Part shown: positions 13,903 to 28,345 of the stretch, in pieces
Position numbering within the stretch: the first letter of the stretch is position 1
How the letters are laid out: every line of letters starts with the position of its first letter
DNA from: Lepidodermella squamata
Lineage: Eukaryota; Animalia; Gastrotricha
Assembly (NCBI GenBank): GCA_047495785.1
Contig: JBLDXI010000007.1
Location: 2,170,001 to 2,234,000, forward strand
Length of the DNA: 64,000 nt
Direction: 5' to 3'
Notes under the pieces: generated by a model
What the model was told of the DNA's origin: nothing
Databases searched by the model: none
What the model saw: only the letters and a program-made list of their open reading frames with translations
Program-made: the position numbers and the translations under genes

Positions 13903-15134
13903 CTATAAAGCAGAACGTCGCTCAATTCCACGTTATGGACTTTCGCAAACTAATTTAATTATGATGAATGACTGATAAACTTTCATTATGAATTTAATTC
14001 TACACTTGTGATCACCTATATCTATATATTTTTGATCAAAGACAACTCCACTGTTTATGAACTGGTAGGCCAAATTGGTGAGCTCAAGGTGAATGCAGAG
14101 GGAATATTGTATTTTTTGTGAACGAAAACCATAGATAATTATAATAAATATCGGTAAGTAGGTTGCGTATATATTTATTATATTTGTATGGTATAACATG
14201 AGTAATGAGTTCAGATATAAACGATTTACGAGTGCTGTATCAAAAAATATTGCATGAGCACATCTACTAATACTATATTTTTGAAACGAATGCTATATTT
14301 TTTTTGAATGACCGACTTATAGTAAGCACAATTTTATTGTCAGCGCTTTTATTCTTTTATTCTTGAAATTTTGCAACGTTTCGACATTTTATCGCAACGT
14401 CATCGTCAGGCATCTATTAAGGCAAACAATTTTACGAATTTTGGAAATCTTTTTGTAGATTCGGAAAGCTCACCTCATATTATTCCGGGCGCTCATGTTT
14501 TTATTTTTGAGAAAATAGGTTCAGCTGCTATTTGGCAGTGGGCGCCTGAAAATGGGTCATTTTTGCTTGTCGTTAAATATTTTTGGCACGCAATTTTACC
14601 ATTCTTCGATGTCGTTTCCTGCAATCATTATGTGAAATTACTTGTTGAGAGATAATCCAGGCGCTAAAATGAAAGCGAAAATGCCTTATCACCGGAAAAT
14701 ATTTTGATTCGAAAAAGCTATTTCGCATGAATTTTCATCGATTGTTTTATCGTTCTCGGCAATTTGACCTTGACATTGATTTTCCTATTTCCCATCATTT
14801 CATAAAGCATAAAGCTTGCGCAGATCTTCGAACAGAAGAACATGTAGAAACTCGACGCAACCCAATTAAAATATAAATTTTTTACAGCTTAAAAAACGCA
14901 ATATAGTTTTACATTTTGAACTGGAAATCGAGGATTTGTAACAAAAATCGATTCGTGGAATCGATATTGGCTTTGAATGCTGAAGTACATACCGTAGTTA
15001 CCGATATACAGCCCCCTCGTTTATAGAAGCCTCTATTAAACATAATATTTTTTATTTGGAATTTTGTGAAAAAGCAAACGTTTTTGAATGCAGCCCAAGT
15101 TCCAGACTGCTACCGCAAAATCGAAATACAGGTA

Positions 15135-16365
15135 CAGTGCTCCCTCGATATAAGCAAGGGGGCGGGATCCACGCGATTGCTCTTATCGAGGGCTGCTCTT
15201 ATAGAGGGCTGTTAAAGAGCAAGCGATGAATCATAAGTGCGTCGCAAGGTTTTTTTCTCAGTTGCTAGGGCGACGTTGATTTTACTGCTTAGCCATATTC
15301 AAGATAATCTGGTGTTCATGTAATGATTTCCGATGTGGTAGATAGTATTTGATATGCAAAGTTTGATCATTTGAATTTCAATTATTTGAAGCTGGCTGAA
15401 ATTTTTTTAGCATTTTCTTTAACAATTTCTGAAAAATATTTCATCGAAAAATTTCCACATTTATGATCAGGACACTTCGGTTACGGTTACGTGAATGTAC
15501 CCAGCGATATTTAAGAGCCATCAATTATCTAATTTTAATTTAATTGATCCAAATTTGGAAATTTGAAGGTTAACAAAGCTTGAAAGCCTTCATTAGAATA
15601 TGTAGCAATTCCATTTGATTTAAAGGCAAACCATGGATCCACTAGCGGATAAGCGAACAGTGTTGGGTAAAATTCGGCTAGGAGCCTGTGATGCCTAAAA
15701 CCTATCCAAGGTTGAAACGCATCTTTTCTCATTAATCCGTGACCAAAACTGAAGGACTCTTGTTGGAAGTATGCTTGAATCTTGAGTCGAAGCTGCATCC
15801 AAACTTTATTTTTTCAGAATTCTATTGAATTAAAACAGATTTACGGCAATTCCTCGTGATGTGCTCTGATGGAATACAACAAGCTTGAATGCCACCTTTA
15901 TCTGTTCTCAACACTTCAGTCAAACATTAGATTATTAGCGGTTTGCTTTTTATCGCTTTTTAAATCATTTTTCCTGACCTGTAGCGTAATCACTATCATT
16001 CTCTGAAAATCTCATCAATGGCTAGTAGTAGTGTTTGTGAATGAAAAAATACGAGAGGGCAAACGCGCGCGCACGATCTCAATATTGAAGCCAATGCTGA
16101 GATAAAAAACATCGATCTGTAAAGATGGAGATCAAGAGATCACGGCGCGCCGCCGTCGAACTGAAGAATCAAAAACGCCAGGAGCAGCGTTACAATTCTG
16201 TTGCTAACGTAAACAAATTCTTCAATTAAATTAAAAATTATCATGTAAAAAATTTTAATTTGTCGAAAAATAATTGTTTAACAAATAAAATCAACGGGAT
16301 CCAAAAAAAGTTGCTAGTAGCGAGGGATTGCTCTTATCGGGGTTGCTTATATCGAGGGAGCACTG
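15135..16365. mobile_element. Tc1/pogo-type MITE, TA TSD
   Basis: TA|CAGTGCTCCCTCGATATAAGCAA ... TTGCTTATATCGAGGGAGCACTG|TA. Confidence 0.85.
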
Positions 16366-16864
16366 TAAATTGTTGGGTGTTATTGAAATTTCCTCGAGCT
16401 TGATTGCCCAAGGTGAAACATAATAACGCACGAATATTTCCTGGCTTTTCCGATACTTCCGAATACTTGATCGAAAAAATTCATATGGTTACGAGTTACG
16501 ACAATATAAAACTAAAAAAAACTTACCGCCTTTGATACTTAATAATATAAGAAGAAAATAGAAGCTCGATCACTACTTCGTCACGCTTGACTGATTGCAA
16601 GGCTTGTGATATTCCGGATTTTGACCCTTGCATCCAGCCTCGCTGTTTTGAGATTAAACTACGGCAATACTCAGCGGCGTTAAAATTCTCAATTTGTTTA
16701 GCAATGAGATAACCAGGCCACCAACAATTTCATCGAGGAAAGTAACCGACATTGTCCGTGAAATTCGCTGCCGAGGTCATCGAAGCATTGAATGAGTAAT
16801 AAACTTGAAACTTGACTATTTTTAGCAACTAAAAGAACCGCGACCCTACAAATCTCGCGTTATA

Positions 16865-18296
16865 CCGTAACGGGTCCTAACTTTGGACAAAACACCTTTT
16901 TTAATTTTAAAAAATTCGGATTTCGTCTAAAAAAATGGAAAAAAATAGCCAAACCTCCGCCCAAGGAATCTGCGTGGACAGGTGAAGTTTGGAAAATTTA
17001 GAAGCTCACCTTGATTTTAAAAAAATAGGTAAAGAAACCTCTAAATTTGGACACTCGTTCCCAAATTTGGACACCTCATTTGCATATGCTAATTCGACCT
17101 TACACACATTTTATTCCTTGTTGCGCAATTTTTCTCGTGTTTTTAAAGGCGACTTTTGTAGCCGCTTGAGACTAAAATAATGCTACCGATAGGATTCACT
17201 CATCGTCAGATTTAATGCAGATGTACGCAATACCAATTATACACCAGGCTCTTAATACCGTTAGGGTAAGGTAACCTAAATCTGCTTAAAATTTTTCCAC
17301 TTTTTTCAAACGCCTTCCTTTCCATAACTATGAGGTATTAAGAGCCTGGTTCTCCGGGCTCAAACATTGACCATAAACAGTCAGAACCCATTCCAGTAAG
17401 CTCACAAAATCTCATGAGCAAATTCCTCACCGTTAGGGAGCCATCGTTGGTGTAAGTCAAAAAAGGCAGAAATTTAAAATCGCTCGAGAGTGCAATAAAT
17501 CTGCATAAAACATAAAAACACGAATCTTCTCTAATGAACCATGAATCTTCTCAAAACTATGACAAACCAGGTGAAAATGTATCTGAAGCACCGAGTCTCA
17601 TTTAGAAAGTAGACGGAGGGATATCAGTTTGAGGTTAAACCATGGATTTATCGCTGAACTATTTGACATCATTTTTTACCGAAAGTGAACTGTCATTTGT
17701 CCCATGGTACCTGCTGTTCACCTGTCCAATTAAAGCTTGGGCGCCGTCGGATTTCTATGATTATTCTCTATGCTCTCTAGCCAAAATCATGAAAGCATAG
17801 CCTAGGCCGGGAGTCATTAAGCTAATTCCAAGGTTCTATCAATGCGTTGCCATTCTTTTCAAAAACTGTCAAAAAGCATACATTTCGTTTGCATATGCAT
17901 AGAGATAAAAATATCATTAAAAGTGTCCAAATTTAGAGGCTAAATTCAAAGTCACCTGTATCAAAATTGGCTTGTCCTTCTGCCGAGATTTTTTTTACAG
18001 AATTTAGTTTAGGTAAATCCCTATGTGCAAAAAAAATTTCAGCCCCAACCGTTCACAGGTGAGCATTTGGCAAGGGGGGTCCCAAAACACCTTTCTGAGT
18101 GATCGAGCTTCGGCAATTTTTCGCAAATCGATAGTACATGAAAGTATTGGCAAATTTGGTACCGTTGGAAAGCCCATGAAGGGAGCAATTTTTCAGTGAA
18201 ATTCTTAAATTTTTATCAGTTATGCACAAATTGATATTTGGGGCTAAAGCTCAAAGTGTCCAAATTTGGGGTGTCCAAATTTAGGGCGCGTTACGG
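16865..18296. mobile_element. CCGTA-terminated (Tc2-like) non-autonomous element, TA TSD
   Basis: TA|CCGTAACGGGTCCTAACTTTGGACA ... TGTCCAAATTTAGGGCGCGTTACGG|TA; internal AAATTTGGACA repeats. Confidence 0.75.
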
Positions 18297-18699
18297 TATT
18301 ATTAGTGGCAAATTATTTTTTCCCATCATTCGTTTATTAAATCGCGCCTGATATTCAGCTAATTTGATGAATAAAAATAAAAATAGTCGATTGCCGATTG
18401 TAGATCTGTTTTTTTTATTTACCAAGAATATTCGGCCACATCACAATTTGTAATATTTAAAGACTTAGGCCTAGAGCGTTCATTTTCCGTTTGAAGTAAG
18501 AAATGTCGAATTTCGCAGGGAAGCAGGTTAATTAATGGTAAGTTGTTCCATGTTATGATGACGGTGTTTTGTAGTCTTGAGAAGATTTCAGTTCCGCGGC
18601 CGGTTAATTTACACAACTTCAGTTGACCTGAAAAAGGACGCGGCACTGAGAAACTTCACTGAGAAAACAGAAGGAACACGAAGGACAACTACGAACGCT

Positions 18700-19145
18700 T
18701 CAACTTGTCACCCTAGCAACGACCCTAGCAACAGGGCTTTGGTTTACGCAGCGAGTTTCAGTCTTCTTATTATAACTGTCGTATTTTGGGCGAAATCATT
18801 TGGGTTATCGGTGCCTGGCGCGATCAGAATGACCTTGGCCTTAACATATTATGAGCTCAGACGGCCAGATCGGGGTAAATACCTCGTTCCTTTCCCTGGC
18901 TACGAGAACAGGTCCAAATTCTCGAATTCTGGATCTCAAGTGATTTTAAACAAGTAATTGTTATGTTTCCCCGCTCAAAACAAGCCGTTTTTCGACTGTC
19001 GAAGGACCGATTTCGGCTGCCGCGCGCCATCCGAAGTTTGTTTGCTCGCGTATAACTTGAGATGTAAAAATTCCTCTTCTCAGGTCTCCGATGGCCGCAG
19101 TCGCCACCGTAATCAGATCCTAACCAATGCTATCAAGGTGTTTAG
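18700..19145 (+). pseudogene. Copy C1: internally deleted pseudo-astacin fragment (end of exon 3, exon 4 and intron 4 fused to exons 13-14)
   Basis: ...SNDPSNRALVYA, VPGAIR...YELRRPDRGKYLVPFPGYEN, then a direct jump to NKPFFDCRRTDFGCRAPSE and the last exon. Mutated acceptor (ttatcg) and indels. Confidence 0.85.
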
Positions 19146-19771
19146 CTAAAAAGCAGAACTTTTGATGAATAATTGATAAACTTTAATTATGAATTTAATT
19201 TTTTATCCCATATCAATACAGCGTGTCCCATAAGTAACGCAAGCGAAGAAAATACACGGGAAAGGGTTCAGAAACCCTAAAATGAGACGCGAAGTCACCT
19301 ATATCATCACCAGAAAAATTTACGAAAATTCAAAAATCACGAGAATAGTGATCAAGTATGTCATTTGATACTTGGGATTAAAAAAGTCCGGGGAAAATTG
19401 TTCCAACCGGATATAATACTGAAAATTACCGAACCAGTTACCATCGGGTTTTTCCGGGTTTTCTCCTGTAAAATTGTCATTTTTTTCGGTTAAATCGCGG
19501 TTAAAAGATGGAATATTCCCTCGATTGGTTTAATTTAAAAAAAATATTCGAATTTCTAACAAAAGTGGCCTCAAAATATTAATCAATCAAAGAATCCCGC
19601 TGAAATTATTCTTTTCTCCAGTGAAATCCTAGATTATAAACATTGGAGAACGCTTCAGGTAATTTCCATTGGTGTTTATTCAGTGACGTATAGATAATTT
19701 TAGATGATGGGTCTATATGGCAATATTAGGCTGATAAAATTCTATTTGAAATCTTGGGAATAATCAACCTC

Positions 19772-22700
19772 AAATGTTTGTGCCCGCCTGGCATTGGCGG
19801 CGATTTTTGTGACATTCCATTCCCGACGGATCCGGCAAACGGCTGTTCCGGCAAAATCTACGTTCCGCCTTGTGCAAAACGTGACATTTCCAGCCCTAGC
19901 AATCAAAATTCGAGTTGTTCATGGATTGTTAAAACGGTAGAAATATGTTCACTTGCTGTCAAACTTGCTATTATTCTTTGCCACTAGGGTAATACGAGCG
20001 GACTGGTGTTTGGTTTCCCTGACTGGCCAGTATTGGAAAAGTACAGTCAGTTATTATACCAGATTTACTGAAAGCAACATTTCCACACATAATACTCTCC
20101 AGATCAGTTGGATTGTCTGAACTTTATTCTCATCAGAGATCTAGGACCCGAGGGTTATCCTGGATTCAGGTAACGTTGGCTGCGACAGAGTAATGTGCGT
20201 TCACTGATGGCATGTTTAAAATTAGGTTCTGCAAGTCCAGTCCCTTTTTCGGACGCGCTTTCGTGACAAACAAGAATCAAGCCCTGGTGTACTTCAACCT
20301 TCCTAAGCCAGGCGAGAGCGCCACAGTCACAGTTTACGCAACTTGTCCAGGCGTGAAAGCGACCGAATTGAGCCGGGAATGCGCAATCACGAAGAACTTG
20401 TACGACTACGAAGGCTCTCTTTCGAAAACCGTAGAGGGTGAAACTTGTTCGCTCTGGAATAGCACCAATAGCACTAAAATGGTTGGACTTAGTTACGTTT
20501 GGGTGCCGAGAGGCGATTTCAATGCGGCTGGAAATGAGTGCAGAGCTTCGAGCTTTAATAATTTGCATTGCGTTAATTCTTATGGCCTGTTTTCCCTATG
20601 CGAAGGCGATGACAAAGTCAGAAGCTGCAGTAAGTCAAAAACACGATTTGTTTCGCTGGAAATCACCGCTCTCGCCTTTCGGCATAAGTCTCATTTAACC
20701 ATAGGTCGAAGTTACCGTCAAATCTAGAGTTATTCCGAAAATTTGACCAAACTTGAATTATTCGTTAACGAAAGTTTTACGCGACCGACATTGTCATTTC
20801 CAGTGAAGTCACCCCCCGCTTTTCAGATATCAAGCTTTGGGTGAATAAGTAATTCTAAAAGGTCCAAGAAAAGGTCCAAAGAAGTTTGGTGCGGCCGCCG
20901 AAATTAACGGTATTTTTGTCGATTGTGGCAGAAAATAGTCCTAAATTGCTCCAAATAGCTTTTCTACCTCGATGCTTGTCAACATTAATGATTTCGCGCC
21001 GTGACTCTCGTGACCCTAAAGGCCTGTTCATAATCATTCGTGGCCCTAAAAAGGGTCACTACCCCGTTTTCAAGAATGGAAGAATGACTGCGCTAGAAAA
21101 GGTTTCCCCTTAAACATAACGAGACCAAAAGGATTTTTCGATCATCGCAAGATTGTCATACTTCGCACTTCGCATTTTGAAGAAGTATGATAGGAATTTT
21201 TCTCTCGGCCATAGTTGTTTGAAACCAAAATCTACTTCCATCTGCTGATATTAATTTATTTATTCGTTAGCTAAATTGGCTTATCGATGCATCAATACGA
21301 AAACTGGGCAATTCGAAGCCTGCAGGCCGTACTGCCGTGAAGGCGAAACTCCGTTCAAGGAATGGAAACCTCGTTATACGGACACCTGTGACAAAGGCGT
21401 GAGTTCATTTTCTGATTGCTAGTAAAGCCTACCTAGTTTCATTTTGCAGAACGTAAGAAAATGCGTCAGCGGCTCCACTTTCCGATGCATTGCTGGCGAC
21501 CAAGGTTGCCTTGCAAATGAGACAAAAATTGTAAGGAATTTTAATCTTAAAATCAAATTTATCGCTTGTAGCAACAATTTCTTAGTCGCCGCTGTTGAAG
21601 TAATATCAAATCATCGGAACATTAAATACTTTTATCGTGCTAGTTTTGTCTTAAACCATCGGAACCATCGGAATATTTATTTTACCCATTGAAACCAATT
21701 AATTCATCGGAATAACACATTTATTCATCGGAAAAACACATTTTCTCATCGGAAACACAGTGATACGTTATTCTACGTTGCGGCTGTTGCCACGGCCTCG
21801 ACAACTTGAGGATTCGTCAACCGAAAAAGATGTAGCCACAAGTCCGCGACTGCGGCCACGCCTCGGCTCAATACTAGCTACAACAGTGGCCGGTTCGTTA
21901 GATTGAGAAGAAGCAGGTTCCTCCGACTGAACTCGAGCAATAGCAGCACCGCCCCTACCCCGCTTGCCACGAGTAGCTACAACAGCTGCTGGTTCTTGAA
22001 CGGGGGCCACAGCTAAGCCACGTCCGCGGCCACCACGGGCTACAGCAACACCCGAAGCCGGCTGAACAGGAGCTACAACAGCTGCTGGTTCTTGAACGGG
22101 AGCCACAGCTAAGCCACGTCCGCGGCCACCACGGGCTACAGCAACACCCGAAGCCGGCTGAACAGGAGCTACAACAGCACCACGGCCACCTTTACCCCGG
22201 CCTCCACGGCTTGGAGCTGGTGCCAACTGAGCAGCAGCAACTGAGGCACCTCGACCCCGACCACGCCCGGTACAACGAGCTCCAGAGCGGCCATCCCGCC
22301 CACGACTAGAAGAGCCACGGCCACGGTTAACACCGCCTGCTTGATCAACTGGCTCGGCTAAAGCAAGAGCTGGACCATGTCGAGGGGGTCGACCCGGGTT
22401 ACCTCTCAGAACAAGAGGTATCGACTGAAGATTGTCAGGAATCAGCTTCAGCTCCAACTCATAAATTCAGCGAAGACTTCGGCGTGAGGAGTAGCCAATA
22501 GCTCGGCTCTGGCCAACAGCCACAGAGCAATAAACTAGAAAATTTGAAATTGTCTTAACACGTCGGAATTGAATGAAACCGTCGGAAATTACCTCGTCGT
22601 AATCTCCCGCAAGTTGTACGAGAGTGAGCGCTTCGTGGACGATGTACCACGCTCGCAGTTCGGCTGTCGTACGAAATTTTAATCCAAAATCCAGTTTTAT

Positions 22701-23049
22701 CACGTTGCAAAACTCTTTTAGTCGCCGCTGTTTAATACTTTCGCGTATTTCGGTCGCAATCTCCTCGCCTGCAACCATCGAGCTGATCTCAATTGGGTAT
22801 GCCTCGCACTAAATTTCGGAAATGCCTCAATGTTAGACTTTCTTACTTGCAGAAATACGTTCGCTGTTATCGAAATGCTCCGAACAAGCCGTTTGCCGAT
22901 TGTCGACGTGCCGATTTCGGCTGCCGCTCGCCATCCGAGGTTGTTTTTGCCGCGGTGAAGTCTAAGACTTGAACATTTCTCTTTTTCAGGTCTCCGATGG
23001 CCAGTCGCCGCCGTACTCGGATCCTAACCAATGCTACCAAGGTGTTTAG
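19772..23049 (+). pseudogene. Copy C2: 5'-deleted copy (mid exon 6 to exon 14) with a 1.07-kb insertion in exon 12
   Basis: D-type upstream sequence (~19600-19765) is joined directly to KCLCPPGIGGDFC. CUB, kringle and tail exons are present; insertion at 21597-22666. Confidence 0.85.
21597..22666 (-). mobile_element. Inserted fragment with RGG/Ala-Val-rich ORF (21768-22457) and 96-bp tandem repeat; probable transposon gene 3' end
   Basis: 32-aa unit AVVAPVQPASGVAVARGGRGRGLAVAPVQEPA repeated about twice. IPLVLRGNPGRPPRHGPAL resembles the basic RGRP tail after the SWIM finger of MULE-type proteins; in-frame stop upstream. Confidence 0.4.
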
Positions 23050-23685
23050 CTAAAAAAGCAGAACCTTCGATGAAAAATTGATGAACTTTCATGATTAATT
23101 TAAGTTTTGATCCCATATCAATATTTTTGATCCAGGACAATGCCACTGTTCATAAATCGGTTGGCAACATTGGTAGGCTCAAAGTGAACAATGATACATG
23201 TGATTTTTTGTGTGATGGAATACCATAGATACCTAAATAATAAATATTAGTAGGTTGCGTAGATATTTCATTTATTTTATTTTATTGAAATTTGTTTATG
23301 GCTTGACAATACTTTTTATTGACCCTGTTGATGTTCATAGCGCAGCCGGGCTTTTACCGAAAACCTTGGATTTTTGGCGAATTTTCAAGTCAATTTTCAC
23401 GAACAACTATTAAAATACTATACGGATAGCAACGCATTATGAACGGATAAAAAACGGATAAAAACGGCTAATCGACGGATAGAAGCGAGAAAGACGGTCG
23501 CGGCTGAACACGATTACGTAATCGGGCATGATTAACAATATGAAAACTCCATTTGAAATATTTTAGTGCCAAATAAATAAACGACATGCAATTCGCAATT
23601 CATTTAAGGTGGGCTTCTTACTCTGCCCGATGAGCTATTGCTCGCAGAGTTGTGATCAATTTTTCGTGGAGCTCCGCAATACATA

Positions 23686-24738
23686 CACCTTTTTTACTTT
23701 GCAATTTCATTATTTTTATTAAAGAAACACGCGTTTATTTTTCATGATTATCAGCGTATTCATTTTATTCATTTTCTTACTTTTTTCTACCTAAGGATTT
23801 ACTCGATCTTCGAGGGTTCGCTGTATGCGAATACGAAACCCGAATGGGATGAACTCTGAACCGTATAGCGGGTAATGTAATGATATAAAACAGCTTTGAA
23901 GAGGGAGAATGTAGTTTTGAAGAGCATGAAGTAGTAAAATTAGTTAGTAAGAGTGCAGTGTTTAGAAAAATCAAGTTTACGTATTTTTTATTTACAATAT
24001 GTCAAATTAGTATCAAAATTGTCAGAAGAAGGAAAAATATGAGACGGTAATTCGTTCCAAATGGGAAGAACGCGATTAAGAAAAAAATTTGCGAAAAGAG
24101 GCGAGGTAGCATTGCGATAACGGTCATCAGGTCGACGATATCTAAGACGATGACAATAACCGCGAGTTTTAGTAGATAAAGGTTTGATGTAAGAAGAAAT
24201 AGACGAATCAACTGCATTGTAGTAAATTTTGTACAGAAGAGACAGATCTAAAAGAATTCGGCGCTTTTCTAAAGAGTCCAGTTGGAGGATTAAAAGCCTT
24301 TGTTTATGAGATGTTTATAAGATTAAAGCTAAATTTTTTGAGGTTCTATCGCTTCTACTCGAGATATCACCTTCGCCTGATTGTTCTAATCATTTTTGGG
24401 GAGGAGGGAGGGGCCTTATACCTATAAAATATAAAAACTACCCAAGGAAAACATCTTTGCAGTTCATTCTACTTACTCCTTAGCTTCTGCGAAAGAAATA
24501 ATGATTTGTCGATCTGATCGCACATATTTGAAAAGATTATATATCTAGCTTCAATAATTTGATATATAATTCATCCCATTCGGGTTTCGTATTCGCATAC
24601 AGTGAACCTTCGAAGATCGAGTAAATCATTAGGTAGAAAAAAGTAAGAAAATGAATAAAATGAATACGCTGATAATCATGAAAAAATAAACGCGTTTTTC
24701 TTTAATAAAAATAATGAAATTGCAAAGTAAAAAAGGTG
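23686..24738. mobile_element. Non-autonomous element with ~170-bp TIRs, TA TSD
   Basis: 23686-23853 is the near-perfect reverse complement of 24570-24738 (TA|CACCTTTTTTACTTTGC ... GCAAAGTAAAAAAGGTG|TA). Confidence 0.8.
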
Positions 24739-27700
24739 TAGAAACCAAATTGCTGATTTTATCTCGAGCCTTGAGCTGACCTAAATAATTCTTATATAAT
24801 TAATTCTTAAATTTTTACGAAGTAAAATTCAAACAAAGCCTTCCCATTTTGTGTCAATTTCTGTTCGAATCGAAATTGCAATTCTTGCTAGAATGCTTCA
24901 TCATCGGTTTTTTTCTATAAATTTAGAGGAAGCTGTATAATCATGCGAATGAACCTTCAACGGCAGCCAGATGAAAGGGCCGATGGCAGTTCAGCCTGCG
25001 CAGTTCGGCAACCCATAATTTTTCGATTTAATTTGATAATTTTTCGAGCAATCTCAAGGGAAAATAAGCTGCCCAAGAGAGGCGTAAGTACCACATGTTC
25101 TGCGATGAGGATATTCAGACTTGTGCGGCCTTGGGATCGAGTTAGTCCCAAGTCTACGCTTGCTAAAATTGTAAAAATGCTTAGTGAAAATTCAAGATTA
25201 ATAATTAAGAAAAATTAAGATGAATGACAAAATAATACCCGCAAAGCGAATTGGAAATAAATTTATTATTACTGGGCGTGGGTGTCATATATTAATTTAA
25301 TAAAATTTCGATAACATTTAATTATAGAAATTTCTCGAATTATTTTAATATTACTACTGAAAAATCAAGGGGCTCCAATAAATTTCCGATTTCCGATACT
25401 CGCAGCGACGTGACTCGAAGTTCCAAAATGCCAGGAAAAGCTTGCAAGTTAAGAATCGAATTAACCTGATTTTTGGCTATCATCAAGTAATTTATCTTTA
25501 TTTTCATTTAATTTCAGCCGCATGCGCAGTCACAGTGGCAAATGGCAACAAACACGATGGGCCATGTCCGAAAATTTGCAACCGAAATTCTCGAAAATTC
25601 TGTCTGCGATTCTTTTGCGATTTGACCCGTGACTAAATGTCTCGTTCTCTCGTTGGAAATTACGCGAAAGTTTGGCGAATTTCGGCTGCAAAACTTACAA
25701 CGGCCACGTCTACATCGGCTTAATTCTCGTCAACCCTTTGGCTCAAGGAACGAACAAATAAGTTATGAATCACGCATATCTTGAACTTGGCATTTTTCGC
25801 GACTTTTTTGCCCTTAAAATTATGTTCGTGAATTCCTCAATTTACTTATTACTAATGTTAAGTCATGCCAGGATTCAAAGTTATGATGGCCCTAAATCCC
25901 AGCTGGTTATGCTGGCATCTATAAACAGGATGCCGAGTGACATCATTGCAAGCTAATAGGTTCCATCTTCCATCTATCTCGACGTGATAAAAATGAACGT
26001 GTCTATTAGTGCGCAAACTCGGTTTATTTTCCGGCATTTTTGGCGGCCGGCTGGACTTTGAGCTTTAGTATTACGTGCGGCTGGTTTGTGCAGTCGACGA
26101 TTTGGTTTCAAATAAAGGGTGAAATAGAATAGGGAGAGAAAGCACCAGCTTCAACATCTATTTGTAATTGATAGATGATGCAGTCACCTTAATTTTATGG
26201 GGTAATTTGGGTAATTATTGCTTGCACTCGTGTGACCGTTCGATCTCGGACTTAAGCTCATAATAAATAAATAAAAAAATGTAAAATAATGGCAATAATA
26301 AAATAGTCATTTTACCGTTACCGAGCGTTAAAATCGGCGACACACCCTTCTACGAAGAAATTCGTTGAAAATGGCATATTTTCGCCACATTTTTAGCTGA
26401 ACATGTTTTCAGCTTCAGACGGGTGCCAAAGCCAGGCCGAGATTTGATTCGAGTGATTTTCAGCGCTGCCAGTGGGTGCCAAATTGGCTATTTGCTGTTT
26501 GAAAATCTTGACGACTTGGGTTGATTTTTTAGTTGAGTTAAAAATGGAAGCAGATCAACTCAATTCGAGACAGGAAAATAAAGTATGCGAACTATTTTTC
26601 AATAACTTTATAGTCGTGAGGAATTTTTTAAGCGGATTTCACTAGTCGATAGATCTAGTCTGCGGTAAACTTTCTTTAAATTTTCATTAGAAGGGGCTCC
26701 GAGAGAAAGAATTGATGATGAAAATGCAGTCCGCAATTTTTATCTGAAATTCACATTTTTGATAAATGCTATTTTTGCATCCAATGTGGCCTGAGTTAAT
26801 TGTCTCTCTTGCCAGACAATTGCCAGAGGCTTCAAGTTTTTTTGAGAGATGGTCTGCGATGGATCCGAATCGCCGATTCCTGAAAAAGCACTGTACGACT
26901 ATCCAAAACTGAAGGCTTCACAGTTACAAAAAAAATAATTTTCATGATCATTTAAATTGAAATTGAAGCAGTTTTTTAATGTTCCAGGTAGCCCGCGTCA
27001 TGGTCAACATGTCGATACTTGGAGCTTGGAGCTAACTTCGATGATTTTTTACTGATTTTCTAGGAATTTTAGAGAAGAAATCTCAACCTCCAGCTATTCA
27101 AAAACTGGAGGTTTCGAGTTGGAATCTTTGTTGACTGCACGTGCACCACGCCCACATGGCGTATCTGGAAAAAGATTGTAATTGGGCTTTCCTTTCAATG
27201 TAATGCCGATTCCGCTTGGTGATATTTTGGAAATTCGTAGAAAATAAGTAAAAAATCATCGCAGTTCGCTCCAAGTATCGACATGTGGACCATGACGCGG
27301 GCTACCTGGAACATTAAAAAACTGCTTCAGTTTCAATTTAAATGATCATGAAAATGAATTTTATTTGTAACTGCGAAACCAGTTTTTGTCAATGACACGA
27401 GTTAAAATTTGTTTGAAAATTTCGAAAAGATAATCAGCGGGTTCCTCGTGATTTCCTCTGTCTGGATCCATCAACCAAACCCTTGGGAAAATCGAAACCG
27501 TCATGTAACCAGTTAAAAACCAATCGAATATTTTGTTTACTTTGCCTCCAAGCGCTGATTACGCGAATCACATGAATGACTATTACGTGATTACGACTAT
27601 TACGCTGATCACGTTCGATTCCAAGTTCGCTCCAAGTATCAAATTATAGAGCTCGATCTGTGCTAAACGGACCACTGAAAAATTGCTTAAATTTCGACTC

Positions 27701-28345
27701 AATTAGAGGTGTAAATTTAATTTTATTGCATCAGCGAAATTCAATTTCTTTAATTTCAGTGGTTCATATTGCTTCTAAAAATTTGGAAATATAACCAGCA
27801 TGATCGTTGTGATTACACCTACCTGGAACAATCACAAAATATTGGGAAAATTTCAAACCGTGATCGGAACCAGCAGTAAAGAATCGAATATTTTGTCTAC
27901 TTGGCCTTCAAGCCTCTGATGAATCAGCTGACCATCTGGCGCCCATGGTGTACACCTTTTTTCACGCGAGTGGGCGATCTCTACTGAATTACATCTGCAT
28001 CATCATAGAAAATGGTTAATACGTTTCAATGTTGAATTTTCTCATCGTTGATCATAATACAGCAGCCCCTCTAACTTCAATTTCAATCTCTAAATTTTGA
28101 GAAATTTGAAAATTAATTCTGAATCGTTCGGTGAATCGTTCAATTTTATGTTTTCGAACCAACTTATTGGTAAGCAGCAAGCTCAGATGAAATTGCTGAG
28201 AATTGGCCCATAAATCAGCTGTAATTATTGCCTGGTGCTAATTTCGATTTTAGTGGCCATTCAGCAAAATTCAGTTTTTAATTTCTATTAATTTTATTAT
28301 CCAAAGGCATAAAGAATTCAGACGTTGAACTTTGTCATTTTTACG

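Noticed and set aside
26940-27353. Local ~110-bp inverted repeat as a separate element
   Set aside because: Inverted duplication within a dispersed repeat, absent from the 42350-42460 copy, with no TSD.
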